64,000 nucleotides of DNA, taken from positions 19,686-83,685 of the IMG/VR virus record IMGVR_UViG_3300049172_000088. The stretch is one strand, 5' to 3'. The position numbers and the translations under genes were made by a program. The notes beneath the pieces are model-generated. The model saw nothing but the letters and a program-made list of their open reading frames with translations, made no database searches and was not told the origin of the DNA. This document shows positions 1 to 8,933 of the stretch, piece after piece (position 1 is the first letter of the stretch; every line of letters starts with the position of its first letter). The DNA comes from a virus (Duplodnaviria; Caudoviricetes).

Positions 1-222
1 GCCGATCTCCCGGTTGGCGTCGTGGTCCCACGTGGTCGCCCACACCAGCTCAGCGCCCGTCTCAGCGGCCAGCGTGAGCAGCATGGGCCCGTGGTCCGGG
101 TTGAGGATGACGTTCCAGGTCGTCCCGTCGGCCACGGCCCGATGCTTCTCCCACTGCGGGCCCTGCCGCTGCCACGGGTTCAGCACCCCGTCGACGTCGA
201 TGAGGATCAGCGCGTCACTCAT
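1..222 (-). CDS. HAD-superfamily (HAD_SAK_2-like) protein, 3' end beyond window edge
   Basis: Manual translation MSDALILIDVDGVLNPW...LVWATTW; DxDGVLN and WATTW motifs. Confidence 0.7.
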   Translation of the reverse strand, partial: MSDALILIDVDGVLNPWQRQGPQWEKHRAVADGTTWNVILNPDHGPMLLTLAAETGAELVWATTWDHDANREIG

Positions 223-415
223 CGACGTCCACCCCCGCCGCGTCCAAGATGGCCTCGCACACGTCCCACGCGTCCTCCGGCGGGATGTGCACGGCGGCCA
301 GGACGCCGTTCGTCGCCTCGACGGCGACGGCCGCGTGCGGCGTGCCGTCGTAGTCGACGCGCCGCACCTCCATCACGTCGCCATCGCGGTCCTCGTACTC
401 GAACACGTCATCCAC
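215..415 (-). CDS. Hypothetical acidic protein
   Basis: Coupled to neighbours; GTG start inferred. Confidence 0.5.
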   Translation of the reverse strand: MDDVFEYEDRDGDVMEVRRVDYDGTPHAAVAVEATNGVLAAVHIPPEDAWDVCEAILDAAGVDVDE

Positions 416-578
416 GGGTGACTCCATCCAGGAAGCGGGCGCCGGCGTCGACCGCGCCGGCCGCAACGCCGATCACGGCACGGACGGCGGCGGCCGCCGA
501 CTCGGGGCGCGAGAACATGAACCAGACCAGGACGGCGAGGCCGAACCCGATCAGCACCAGGCGCAGGATGCGGATCAT
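408..578 (-). CDS. Small membrane protein (56 aa)
   Basis: Manual translation MIRILRLVLIGFGLAVLVWFMFSR; ATGA overlap with upstream gene. Confidence 0.55.
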   Translation of the reverse strand: MIRILRLVLIGFGLAVLVWFMFSRPESAAAAVRAVIGVAAGAVDAGARFLDGVTRG

Positions 579-982
579 GACGCCTCCTGCTCGGTGCCGT
601 CGGGCCAGACGATGCGGGGTCGTTCCTCGACCGCGCGGCCGTCCACGATGCGGACTCGCCAGATGTCGGGCGACTGCTCACCGGTGACGACCATGACGCC
701 GTCGAAGGTGTGGCCCGGGTGCGCGTCGATGATGGCCTGCACCTCACCGTCCAGGTTCCGAACGCGGAGCTCGTCGGCTTCGGACGGGCGGATCGCGATC
801 GCCTGCTTGCGGACCAGCGTCCCGTCGTCGGTCTCTACGGTGTCCTCGACCAGCCGCAGCCAGGTCAGCCGGTCCCACTCGTTGCGCTCCGGCGTGCGGA
901 TGAACACGCTGCTCTGGAGCTCACCCCACGGGATTGGCGGGTGGATCGTGATCTCGCCCGCGATGTGGCTGGTGTAGCCCAT
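575..982 (-). CDS. Conserved actinophage hypothetical (DUF6205-like)
   Basis: MGYTSHIAGEITIHPPIPW start, GE...DIWRV motif; coupled stop/start. Confidence 0.6.
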   Translation of the reverse strand: MGYTSHIAGEITIHPPIPWGELQSSVFIRTPERNEWDRLTWLRLVEDTVETDDGTLVRKQAIAIRPSEADELRVRNLDGEVQAIIDAHPGHTFDGVMVVTGEQSPDIWRVRIVDGRAVEERPRIVWPDGTEQEAS

Positions 983-1503
983 CACTTCACCTGCGCCACG
1001 AGCGAGACCGGCGTCTTGATGTCGAGCGGCCGATCCGACTGGATGAAGTCGGTCGTCCACGTCACCAGCACGTCATCGGTGGTGAAGGCGAAGACACCCT
1101 GTTCGTTCCCGCCGTACGTGCCGTCGTCGCCGGCGGAGTCCACGACGTACTTCTCCGTGCACGACGCGCAGGTGGAGTCGGCGAGGTCGTCCTGCGGCAG
1201 GAGCTGGCTGCTGACGGACGTGACCTTGCCCTTGATCGTGTAGTAGGTGATGACCGCGCCGTCCTTGCCGAGGAGGTAGACGTATGAGATGCGGTCGCGG
1301 TCGTTGCTGCGCCTCAGGTACTTGGCGATGTTGGCCCGGTCGAGTGGGTACTGGAGCTGTCCGGCCGGGAAGGGGACGGCGGCCTCGTACTTGCGCTGCT
1401 GCTCGCTGCTGGCCTTCTGTGCGGCCTCGCGCTCCGGGTTGCCGGTGCACGCGGTGATGGCGAGCAGGGTGGCGGCCAGGGCCGCGATGAGCTTGATCCT
1501 CAC
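982..1503 (-). CDS. Lipoprotein
   Basis: Signal peptide with lipobox-like LAITAC; YVYLLG..G.VI.YYTIKGKVTS and DDGTYG motifs. Confidence 0.75.
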   Translation of the reverse strand: MRIKLIAALAATLLAITACTGNPEREAAQKASSEQQRKYEAAVPFPAGQLQYPLDRANIAKYLRRSNDRDRISYVYLLGKDGAVITYYTIKGKVTSVSSQLLPQDDLADSTCASCTEKYVVDSAGDDGTYGGNEQGVFAFTTDDVLVTWTTDFIQSDRPLDIKTPVSLVAQVK

Positions 1504-1515
1504 GAGGGTCTCCGG

Positions 1516-1956
1516 TCAGTTGCAGGTGGGGGTGGTGTCGTCGAGCCGCTCGGGCAGGCGGCCGTCCTTGAAGAGGCTCTTGTTGGCCTTGGCCGAGTCG
1601 GCGTTGTAGTCCTCGGCCAGGTCGGCGCGCTGGCTCTTGAGGCCGGCCAGCTCGGTGTCGAGCCGGTCGCGCTTGGGCGCGGCCTGGTAGCGGTCGGACG
1701 GGTCGCCGTCGGGGTGCCGCCGGTCGTACGCCGCGATCTCGTCCTGCTTGTCGGCGATCTTCTTGTCGATGGCGCGCACGCTGGCGCACAGGTCGTGGAA
1801 GCCCTCGTACGTGTTGATCACGTTGTCGGCGTTGCCGACCTTCTCCCGCACCTCGCTTGCGGTGCGGACGGGCTGTGTGATCCAGCCGACCAGAACAAAG
1901 CCCAGCCAGACGGCGACGATCGTGCCGAGGATGGCGAACCACCAGCGCACCATCAC
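1516..1956 (-). CDS. Membrane-anchored coiled-coil protein
   Basis: N-terminal TM helix, coiled coil, YNA motif; partner of the lipoprotein. Confidence 0.7.
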   Translation of the reverse strand: MMVRWWFAILGTIVAVWLGFVLVGWITQPVRTASEVREKVGNADNVINTYEGFHDLCASVRAIDKKIADKQDEIAAYDRRHPDGDPSDRYQAAPKRDRLDTELAGLKSQRADLAEDYNADSAKANKSLFKDGRLPERLDDTTPTCN

Positions 1957-2456
1957 GCCTCCTCGGGGGTGTTGGCGAGCAGCGCGGCCAAGCCCGACGC
2001 GATCATCTCCACCTCGTGCTGCATCTCCGTGACCGTGAGCTTGGAGTTGCTGTTCACGCGGGCGGCGTACTGCACCCAGTGGTTCAGGCCGGCGCGGAGC
2101 CGGGCGACCTCGACCTCGTGCAGGAGGCCGGAGATCCGCTTGAGCGTGCCCTGGGCGAGCTGGAGCTGGCCCTCTTCGTCGAGGGTGCCCTGTGCGGTCC
2201 GCTGGAGGTGTAGGGCACGCATGGCCTCGCGGATCGCGCCCTCCTGGTCTCGGTTCGGGATCTCCATGTGGGTGATCCGGACCGTCACCTTGGGGTCGCC
2301 GTCGGCGTCTGGTGCGGGCTGCGTGCGCTCGATGTGGCGGGCCTCGCCGACGAACAGCAGGCTCGCCCCGGGCCGGTCGTAGATGCCGCGGATGTGCGGC
2401 TGGAGCGCGTCGGCGGCGGCGCGGGCCATGGAGCTGTCGAACTTCAATTTGGTCAC
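1953..2456 (-). CDS. Hypothetical protein
   Basis: GTG start with GAGGAG RBS; protein-like composition. Confidence 0.65.
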   Translation of the reverse strand: MTKLKFDSSMARAAADALQPHIRGIYDRPGASLLFVGEARHIERTQPAPDADGDPKVTVRITHMEIPNRDQEGAIREAMRALHLQRTAQGTLDEEGQLQLAQGTLKRISGLLHEVEVARLRAGLNHWVQYAARVNSNSKLTVTEMQHEVEMIASGLAALLANTPEEA

Positions 2457-2513
2457 GCGGTCTCCTCGTTGATGGGGTGAACTGATCGGGGGCGAGCCGG
2501 GGACGTTGGCTCG

Positions 2514-2586
2514 TGCGGGCAGGGGGATTCGAACCCCCACCGGGCGATGTTTAAGATCGCTGCGTCTGCCGTTGCGCCATGCCCGC
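2514..2586 (-). tRNA. tRNA-Leu(UAA), bldA-type anticodon, short variable loop, CCA not encoded
   Basis: Cloverleaf: acceptor GCGGGCA/TGCCCGC, D arm GCG..CGC, anticodon stem GCGAT/ATCGC with loop CT-TAA-AC (2551-2553), T arm GGGGG-TTCGAAT-CCCCC, discriminator A. Confidence 0.92.
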
Positions 2587-2624
2587 AGGTCTGACCTCGG
2601 CGGGTCAACGGGGCGGTGGCCCAG

Positions 2625-3107
2625 TCATGCGAGCTCCCAGATCCGGATCAAGACGCCCGGTTGATGCAGGGCGTCAGGGTGGATGACGGGGAAGGTGACA
2701 ATGGCCCGGCCGTCGATCACCTGGCTGTCGTCGGCGTAGACCACGCCGGTGAGGGCGTCACCGATCGCGCGGGCGTAGTGGTCCCAGTCCGAGCTGCCTC
2801 GCGTTATCGGCCAGCGCCCGGTGACCGACTTCGGCCGCTCGACGGTGACGACTGCCTCCAGGCGGACCGGCCCGAGCAGCTCGCCGTGCACCTTCTTCGC
2901 GACGCCGCACCAGATGCAGGGGTTCTTGCCGGCGGCCTCCCACTCGTGGGCGCCAGTGTTGTCGATGGCGGCCTGGCGGACCTTGCCGCGCCACTCCTTC
3001 AGCTCGTCGCCGTTGGCGTGACGGAGCTTGCCGTGGCGTGTGCCACGCAGGTTGCCCTGGCCAGCCGGGACGCCGTACACGGTGAACTGGAAGCGCGGGG
3101 CCGTCAT
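2625..3107 (-). CDS. rusA: RusA-family Holliday junction resolvase
   Basis: FTVYGVPAGQG start; D(W)D..ARAIGDALTGVVYADDSQV motif. Confidence 0.85.
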   Translation of the reverse strand: MTAPRFQFTVYGVPAGQGNLRGTRHGKLRHANGDELKEWRGKVRQAAIDNTGAHEWEAAGKNPCIWCGVAKKVHGELLGPVRLEAVVTVERPKSVTGRWPITRGSSDWDHYARAIGDALTGVVYADDSQVIDGRAIVTFPVIHPDALHQPGVLIRIWELA

Positions 3108-3856
3108 GCCGCACCTGCCTTCGCCTCGCGCGAAGCGGCGGCACGCTTGACGCTGCGCTCGTGCTCGCACGTCTTGCAGACGCGGCTGGTATGGCGCTTG
3201 CCCCGGAGAATCCGCTTGCGCTCGTAGGTGTTCTCCGGCGTCCACTCGTGGCCGTTGCCGCAGTGGGTGGCCCGCTCGACGCTGTGCGACCCGACCCGGC
3301 GGTCCGTCTGCCGGAGTCGGCGCGGCGTCTCGCCCTCGTGCCACAGCCGCTGCACGGACTTGCGCGCAGTTCCGATCCGCGCCACGAGCGCCTTGTAGCT
3401 GATGCCGAGCAGGTCGGCCGCTCCCATGTAGTCGTCTGCCGTGGCCAGGGCAACCACTGCGTCGCGGTACACGTCGCTCAGCCGGGTGAGGACCTGGCTG
3501 ACCGCAAGGCGTTCGACGATGCGCTCTTCGTGGCTGGGCTCGATCGGCCGGTACCAGTAGGCGACGAACCGCGGCCCGCTGGCGTGTCCGGCGTCCCAGG
3601 CCCGGTCGGCGTAGCCGTAGTGGCGGTAGCCGTCGCGGACCTCGCGGTAGATGGCCTGCCAACCGACGCGGATCAGCTCCTGCCGGCTGGGCGGTTGCTC
3701 GGCGGCGCACAGGTGCTCGGCGATGGCCGACCATGCCGCGTCGCGGCGGTCGCGGATGTCGGCGGCCATGGAGCGGTCGGCCACCAGCGCGGCCCGGGTC
3801 ATCTGCTCCAGGTCCGCCATGGTGTAGCCGTGCCGCACCTCGATGTCCCTGATCAC
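3104..3856 (-). CDS. Sigma-factor-like protein (region 4 HTH) with C-terminal HC.NGHEWTPENTY zinc-ribbon
   Basis: L..LSDVYRDAVVALAT..DYMGAADLLGISY resembles sigma70 region 4; THCGNGHEWTPENTY...CKTC. Confidence 0.65.
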   Translation of the reverse strand: MIRDIEVRHGYTMADLEQMTRAALVADRSMAADIRDRRDAAWSAIAEHLCAAEQPPSRQELIRVGWQAIYREVRDGYRHYGYADRAWDAGHASGPRFVAYWYRPIEPSHEERIVERLAVSQVLTRLSDVYRDAVVALATADDYMGAADLLGISYKALVARIGTARKSVQRLWHEGETPRRLRQTDRRVGSHSVERATHCGNGHEWTPENTYERKRILRGKRHTSRVCKTCEHERSVKRAAASREAKAGAA

Positions 3857-4155
3857 TTCTGCGCCACCTCCTTGGCCGCCTGCTCACACAGCTCGTGGCG
3901 GGCGCAGAAGTGCATGCCGGCGAACGTGACGCCGCCCGGCTGGTAGGCCAGGACGGCGAGGGCTCGTGCTGTGGTGGCGAACACGCTCACCGTGCCGCGG
4001 CCGCCGTATTGGAGGGTGTCGCCGTGCTGGCCGATCTGCACGCCAGCGCTGCGTACCTCGGCGGCCCGCTGCTCGGGCGTCAGGTCCTGCAGCTTGAGCA
4101 TCTCGATGTGCACGGCGGCGCCCAGCGAGGCCGCCAAGAGCTGGCCATTCGCCAT
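3853..4155 (-). CDS. Hypothetical protein
   Basis: Coupled ORF, GVTFAGMHFCA motif. Confidence 0.6.
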   Translation of the reverse strand: MANGQLLAASLGAAVHIEMLKLQDLTPEQRAAEVRSAGVQIGQHGDTLQYGGRGTVSVFATTARALAVLAYQPGGVTFAGMHFCARHELCEQAAKEVAQK

Positions 4156-4706
4156 CACGCAACCCCCTCGACCGGCTCTGGCGGCACGGGCACGGCCTGC
4201 ACGCGGACCGGCAGCAGCAGGGCCACGCCCGACGCCGTCTTGGAGGACGCCCACACGAGCGCCCCGTGACGGGAGCCGACCTGCCACACCGGGCCGCCGA
4301 CCGGGACGTTCCACGCCCGCCACATGTCCGCGTCGACCACGACGTGCTGGCCGTCGGAACGCTCCAGCAGCCGACGAGTGACCAGGCCGTCCTCGTAGAA
4401 CCAGCGGGTCGGCATGACGGCCGTCCGGTTGGTGGCCGTCAGGATCGGCAGCATCTCGCTCTGCACGAGCGCCAGGCCGAACGACGGCTCGCACTCCAGC
4501 CGCGCCAGGCCGTCGGTGCGCATCCGGTAGCAGCCGTCCAGCGGCCGGTCCAGCCATCCGTGGTGCATGTCGGTCAGCTCGATGCAGCCATACGGCCAGG
4601 CCGCCCACCGGCGCCCGTCCGGGCCGGACACGACCGTCAGCCGCCGCTCCCGGCCGCTGGCGGCGCTGGCCATCTGCCGCAGCCGAGCCATCGTCAGCCC
4701 GCTCAT
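4155..4706 (-). CDS. Hypothetical protein
   Basis: Coupled ORF in operon. Confidence 0.55.
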   Translation of the reverse strand: MSGLTMARLRQMASAASGRERRLTVVSGPDGRRWAAWPYGCIELTDMHHGWLDRPLDGCYRMRTDGLARLECEPSFGLALVQSEMLPILTATNRTAVMPTRWFYEDGLVTRRLLERSDGQHVVVDADMWRAWNVPVGGPVWQVGSRHGALVWASSKTASGVALLLPVRVQAVPVPPEPVEGVA

Positions 4707-5146
4707 GACGCCGCCTCGAACAGCGACGTCTGCTCGATGACCTCCAGGCGGTGCACGCCGGGCCACGAGCCGGTGCGCCACCACTCGGCGTGCGCCTGCG
4801 CATCCTGCCGGGCGCGCTCGCCGGACGCGTGCTCAGGCTGGCAGCGGCCGGAGCGGAGCCGCCCGTCCACCATGCGGCGGCCGGGGTGCGGGCAGCAGCC
4901 GCATCGGTTGTCGTGGCACGGCGTCAGGTCGGGGTTGAGGTGTCCCCAGTACTCCGCCCAGGGGCGGCCGTCGTCGGTCCGGCCGGTGAGAGTGGTGCCG
5001 CCGATGAAACCTTCAACGACGCCTCGGAACCCGCTGACGGCGTTGTCGTTGAGGTGCTGCCCGTGGTGGACGTGGTAGCCACTGAAGCCGTGCATCTGCA
5101 CGCGGTCGCCCGCCTTGTACGGGCAGTGCTTCGGGATCTCAGACAC
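4703..5146 (-). CDS. Cys/His-rich hypothetical protein
   Basis: Coupled ORF in operon. Confidence 0.55.
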   Translation of the reverse strand: MSEIPKHCPYKAGDRVQMHGFSGYHVHHGQHLNDNAVSGFRGVVEGFIGGTTLTGRTDDGRPWAEYWGHLNPDLTPCHDNRCGCCPHPGRRMVDGRLRSGRCQPEHASGERARQDAQAHAEWWRTGSWPGVHRLEVIEQTSLFEAAS

Positions 5147-5318
5147 TCGCCACCTCCTCGAACCGCTGAATCGCGGCGACGAGCTTGCGCATCGCCTCCG
5201 GGGAGCTGCCGGTGGCGTGACCCTTGACGACGGTGCCGTTCAGCGTGCCGTCGAGGTCGAGCCGCCACCAGCCGCCACCGATGTCGGTGACTGTCGCCCA
5301 GGGCCAGGTCTCGGTCAC
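5139..5318 (-). CDS. Small hypothetical protein
   Basis: GTG start overlapping upstream stop. Confidence 0.5.
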   Translation of the reverse strand: MTETWPWATVTDIGGGWWRLDLDGTLNGTVVKGHATGSSPEAMRKLVAAIQRFEEVASV

Positions 5319-5509
5319 AGAACCACCGCCGGCTTGGGTTCGCCGTTCAGGTGCCATTCGCGGTGCTCCGCCTGGTCCACGCGGGCGTTTTCGATGTGCG
5401 CCCACGTCCGGCCGGCCCACGGCTGGCCGTCCATGGCGGTGCAGTTCTCGGCGCGGCAGACGGCCTGGTACCGGCCGCCGTTGGCCAGCTCGATCGCGAC
5501 GCGCGCCAT
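5315..5509 (-). CDS. C2H2-like zinc-finger mini-protein, copy 1
   Basis: QAVCRAENC...PW...EHREWH. Confidence 0.6.
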   Translation of the reverse strand: MARVAIELANGGRYQAVCRAENCTAMDGQPWAGRTWAHIENARVDQAEHREWHLNGEPKPAVVL

Positions 5510-5715
5510 CAGCAGCTCCTCTCGATGGGCACGGGCCGCTGAGCGCGGTGCCACTGGCGATGCGCCTTCGCTTCGTCCTCGGCACCGACCTTGACCACGT
5601 GGACGCCGCTCTGCCATGGCCCGTTCTCGGGCCCTTCGGTGCAGTCACGGGTCTGGCAGACCGCCTGGTGACCGCCCTCGACGGGCTTGACCAGGACGGC
5701 GATGCGGGCCGCCAT
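5509..5715 (-). CDS. C2H2-like zinc-finger mini-protein, copy 2
   Basis: QAVCQTRDC...PW...AHRQWH. Confidence 0.6.
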   Translation of the reverse strand: MAARIAVLVKPVEGGHQAVCQTRDCTEGPENGPWQSGVHVVKVGAEDEAKAHRQWHRAQRPVPIERSC

Positions 5716-5957
5716 CACGGCTCCTCTCTGGGTCGGGTGAGCGCGGCCTTGCGCTCCAGGTACTCGTCGGGCAGGCCCTGGGACGGCCGGGCCTCGGGTG
5801 GCGGCTGGAGAGCCTCGATGGCACGCCAGCCGTGCCCGCGGACGATGTGCACCAGCTCGACGGCGCCAGTCGCCGGGTCGGCCACGCCGTGGTCGGTCAG
5901 CCAGCGGGCGATCGCCGACTGCAGGCGGCTGGAAGCGCTGGCGAACGGATCGCTCAT
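5715..5957 (-). CDS. Hypothetical protein
   Basis: Coupled ORF. Confidence 0.5.
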   Translation of the reverse strand: MSDPFASASSRLQSAIARWLTDHGVADPATGAVELVHIVRGHGWRAIEALQPPPEARPSQGLPDEYLERKAALTRPREEP

Positions 5958-6784
5958 GGGTCACCTGCCAGTCGGTCGGCCGCGCACGAGCGGCATGGCT
6001 GTTGGAGGAGGTGGATCGGGCACTTCTCGGCCGGCCCGGCCACGGGCAGGAAGTCCCTTGGCCGCTCACGGACGGCCTTGGCCACGTAGTTGAGCCGCTT
6101 GTCGGGCTTCACCAACCGGCCGCCGAGGATCTGCTGGCGCACGCTGGCGGCGTGGTTCGGCGAGACGGCGCGGCCGGTGAGCTCGGCGAGCAGGTCGGTG
6201 ATCGTCTGATCGATCTTCAAGTCGTCGTCTGTCGGCGTCGCGCGCGCGTCACCTACGGAAAGGGACGACGACTGAGTTACTCCCTTCGAGTCAAAGACCG
6301 AAGGTCTTTGACTCTTGGGATGGGACGGGACGGGGGGACTCGCACCCGATTCAGATGACCGATCGGAGTACCGATCGGTGGAGCGATGTTCTCCCTGGCA
6401 GTAGGGGCAGTCAGGGTCGCTGATGCCCCTCGCCTCGTGCCATCGGCGATGGTTGCCGATCCGCCCGCCCGACGACTTCTTGCGTCGCTCTGTCACCACC
6501 TCCGTCTTCTTCAGATTCCGGACCGTGCCGTCGCCGTCGGCGTCCCATTCGTGGAACTGGTATCCGCCCCGGACTCGCCTCCACAACCCCGCGCGCACGA
6601 GCTCTTTCGCCAACTCGACCTGACCTCGGCTCAATGACGGGATCTGGTGGTCTGGCACGAAACCATCGGTGAGATGGTGCGCCGACCACGAGCCAGCCAC
6701 TGTCCACAGCCCGATCGCAGCGAGCGACGCCGCTGTTTGCTTGGGGTGAGAATGAAGTCCGTCGTCTACCCGGAACCACGTCAC
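5954..6784 (-). CDS. Actinophage replication initiator-like protein
   Basis: N-terminal WFRVDD..HSHPK...AIGLW..AGSWS..HLTDGFVP motif, low-complexity linker, C-terminal C.IH...PCRSC; start inferred. Confidence 0.7.
   Translation of the reverse strand: MTWFRVDDGLHSHPKQTAASLAAIGLWTVAGSWSAHHLTDGFVPDHQIPSLSRGQVELAKELVRAGLWRRVRGGYQFHEWDADGDGTVRNLKKTEVVTERRKKSSGGRIGNHRRWHEARGISDPDCPYCQGEHRSTDRYSDRSSESGASPPVPSHPKSQRPSVFDSKGVTQSSSLSVGDARATPTDDDLKIDQTITDLLAELTGRAVSPNHAASVRQQILGGRLVKPDKRLNYVAKAVRERPRDFLPVAGPAEKCPIHLLQQPCRSCAADRLAGDP
6288..6378. repeat. Candidate replication origin inside initiator gene
   Basis: Perfect 12-bp inverted repeat GAGTCAAAGACC/GGTCTTTGACTC (6288-6314) and two ACCGATCGG direct repeats (6358, 6370). 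Confidence 0.45.
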
Positions 6785-6870
6785 CAGGCGCGGCCTGTGT
6801 CTCGTGACCCCGCGGACGGGTCGAGCGAGTCCATGTGCGTTGTGCCTCCTCCTTCTCGTGAGCCGGGCCG

Positions 6871-7209
6871 TCATGGCGTCGCCGTACGCTCTCGCTGTGC
6901 GCGGGTGCGGGCGGCGTTCCGCCGGTGGTGCTCGGCGTCGTACGCGAGATGACACCTCTGACAGCACGCGAAGAGGTTCTCGTCGCGGCAGTCCTCGGGC
7001 TCGTGGTTGCGGTGCGCCGTGGTGAGCACGACCGTCGAGCTGGTCACCGGGTGCGGTTCACCGTGGCGGGCCTCGCACCGGATGCCGTGCTCCAGGCCGC
7101 ACTCCCCCACGCACTCGCACCGGCCGCCGGCCCGCACGAACCTGATGCGCTGGCTGATCGCCGTCCAGTCGGCCGGATACCTGGTTCGGTTCTCGGGCTT
7201 GATCGGCAT
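6871..7209 (-). CDS. HNH-endonuclease-like protein
   Basis: YPADW..IS.RIRF.RAGGRCEC...VVLTTAH.NH.PEDC.DENL.ACCQRCHLAYD. Confidence 0.75.
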   Translation of the reverse strand: MPIKPENRTRYPADWTAISQRIRFVRAGGRCECVGECGLEHGIRCEARHGEPHPVTSSTVVLTTAHRNHEPEDCRDENLFACCQRCHLAYDAEHHRRNAARTRAQRERTATP

Positions 7210-7460
7210 CAGGCCACCGCCCGCTGCTTGACCAGAGCCCGGCGTTCGCGGGCCGTGAGCCCGCCCCAGATGCCCTCGCCTTCGCCGTTGGCCAGCGCGT
7301 ATTCGCGGCACTCCCGCCAGACGGGGCAGCCGGTGCAGCGGCGCCGGGCGAGCCGGACCTCCTTCGGGTGCTCGACGCCGATGGGCCACCAGTCGTCGGG
7401 GTGGGCGAGGCCGGCGTCCACGAGCCGTTTGCACAGGGCGTTCTCGGTCCAGTGGGCCAT
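7209..7460 (-). CDS. whiB: WhiB-family Fe-S transcription regulator
   Basis: Four Cys (C..., C.GCPV..EC) plus GIWGGLT..ERR; GGAGG RBS. Confidence 0.92.
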   Translation of the reverse strand: MAHWTENALCKRLVDAGLAHPDDWWPIGVEHPKEVRLARRRCTGCPVWRECREYALANGEGEGIWGGLTARERRALVKQRAVA

Positions 7461-7810
7461 GGTGCACCTCCTGCGGTGGGGCCTTGGCCCGGCCGGGCGT
7501 GCTTCGGCCGGGCCAGGGGTGGTGGTCCGTCTCCGCCCCCGACGGTCAGCGACGGACGTGTGCATCCAGGCCCGGCCGCGACCCCCCAGCTTTGGCCGGG
7601 CCTGGACGTTGTGGGCCCGTCCTGCCCCCGCCCCCCAGCTGGGGCACGACGGGCCGCCGGACGGTGTTGCCGCACCGTCCGGCTGTCCGGCGGCGCGCTC
7701 CTCGCTGCCGGGTGCCTGCGCCACCCCATCGGGGAAGAAGGGTGCGCAGGCGTCGCCGCGGCCGGAGCTGCCCGGAGGGCGCTCGACGGCGGCGGCGAGT
7801 CTGTGGGTGG

Positions 7811-8158
7811 TCATCGGGACGCCTCTGCTGCTGCGAGGACGCGCGTGATGGCGATGGCGGCGTGGTGGCGTGGCCCGATGAGGCTGCGCTCGACCCGGCC
7901 GACGACGGTGGCGGTGACGCCAGCGAGTCGGGCCACGTCGCGCTGGGTGAGCCCGAGCGCCTTGCGCCGGTCGGCGAACGTCGCGGTGGCGACGCCGACG
8001 GGTGCGCCGTCGGCGATGGGCTTGGTAACGACGCGGACGGGCGCGGGCAGGGTACGGCTCACGAGCTGGCCGGCTGCCCAGCGTTCGGCGAGGCCGATGG
8101 CGCGTTCGACGGACAGTTCGTCGCTGAGGTCCCAGGTGACGGTGAGGAGTTGTCTCAT
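7811..8158 (-). CDS. XRE-family HTH protein
   Basis: RRKALGLTQRDVARLAGVTATVVGRVER. Confidence 0.75.
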   Translation of the reverse strand: MRQLLTVTWDLSDELSVERAIGLAERWAAGQLVSRTLPAPVRVVTKPIADGAPVGVATATFADRRKALGLTQRDVARLAGVTATVVGRVERSLIGPRHHAAIAITRVLAAAEASR

Positions 8159-8454
8159 CGCCGCCCCCTGAGGATGGCGCGGGCGACGGCGAGGGGGGTG
8201 ACTCGGGCAGGCCGGGTGGGAGGCTGGGTGGCGCGCACGAGTGCCTCCATGTCGTCCGGCTGCTTGCTGGACGTGGCGGCCGCGTCCGAGGCGGGGGTCA
8301 GCTTCTCCAGGTCCGTGCCCAGGAGCTGCTGCTCGGGTGTGGGCCTGGGCCCGTACTCCAGGTCCATGGCGAGGGCGTGCAGCTCACGCCAGATGTCGGT
8401 GGGCTTGTGCCGCGCGATCAGGCGGAGGCGGCGGGCGATCTCGATGTTCGTCAT
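8155..8454 (-). CDS. Hypothetical protein
   Basis: Coupled ORF. Confidence 0.5.
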   Translation of the reverse strand: MTNIEIARRLRLIARHKPTDIWRELHALAMDLEYGPRPTPEQQLLGTDLEKLTPASDAAATSSKQPDDMEALVRATQPPTRPARVTPLAVARAILRGRR

Positions 8455-8933
8455 GAGCGGCCTCGCATCTGGTCAAGGAGGTGCGCGACATCGCCGAACT
8501 CGACCGTCACCGTGGGAGCGGGCGCGGTGCGCATCTGCTCGGCGATGCGCCGGGCGTCGGGGAAGCCGAGGCCGTCGTCTCCGGCGAGGGCGCGGCGTGC
8601 GTCCTCGTAGGTGTCGCTGAGCACCGCGATCTGGAGGTTGGTGAGGTCGCACACCTCGGTCGGCTGGCCGTGCGGGGTCCAGCCGGTGAAGACGACCGGC
8701 CCGGCGTACGGCATCACGGCGGCGCCCATGCCGGTGAGGACCAGGCCGCCGCAGATGTTGCGCGGGAGCCCGAGCTGGTGGCCGATGTCGTTGACCCAGC
8801 CGGACATCATCGGGTAGTCGCCGGTGCGCGGGATCCGCACCTGGGCGGGGCCAGGCTCGCCAAGGGCGGCCCGCCAGTCGCCGATGGTGACGTGGAACTC
8901 ACCGTCGTTGTCGATCAGCACGTGCCGGGTCAC
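8451..8933 (-). CDS. Hypothetical protein
   Basis: GWVND.G...LPRN..G...YAGPVVFTGW motif; GTG start inferred. Confidence 0.6.
   Translation of the reverse strand: MTRHVLIDNDGEFHVTIGDWRAALGEPGPAQVRIPRTGDYPMMSGWVNDIGHQLGLPRNICGGLVLTGMGAAVMPYAGPVVFTGWTPHGQPTEVCDLTNLQIAVLSDTYEDARRALAGDDGLGFPDARRIAEQMRTAPAPTVTVEFGDVAHLLDQMRGRS

Noticed and set aside
7209-7814. 201-aa extended WhiB
   Set aside because: A strong GGAGG RBS precedes ATG 7460, and the extension is low-complexity and hairpin-rich; the short form is preferred.
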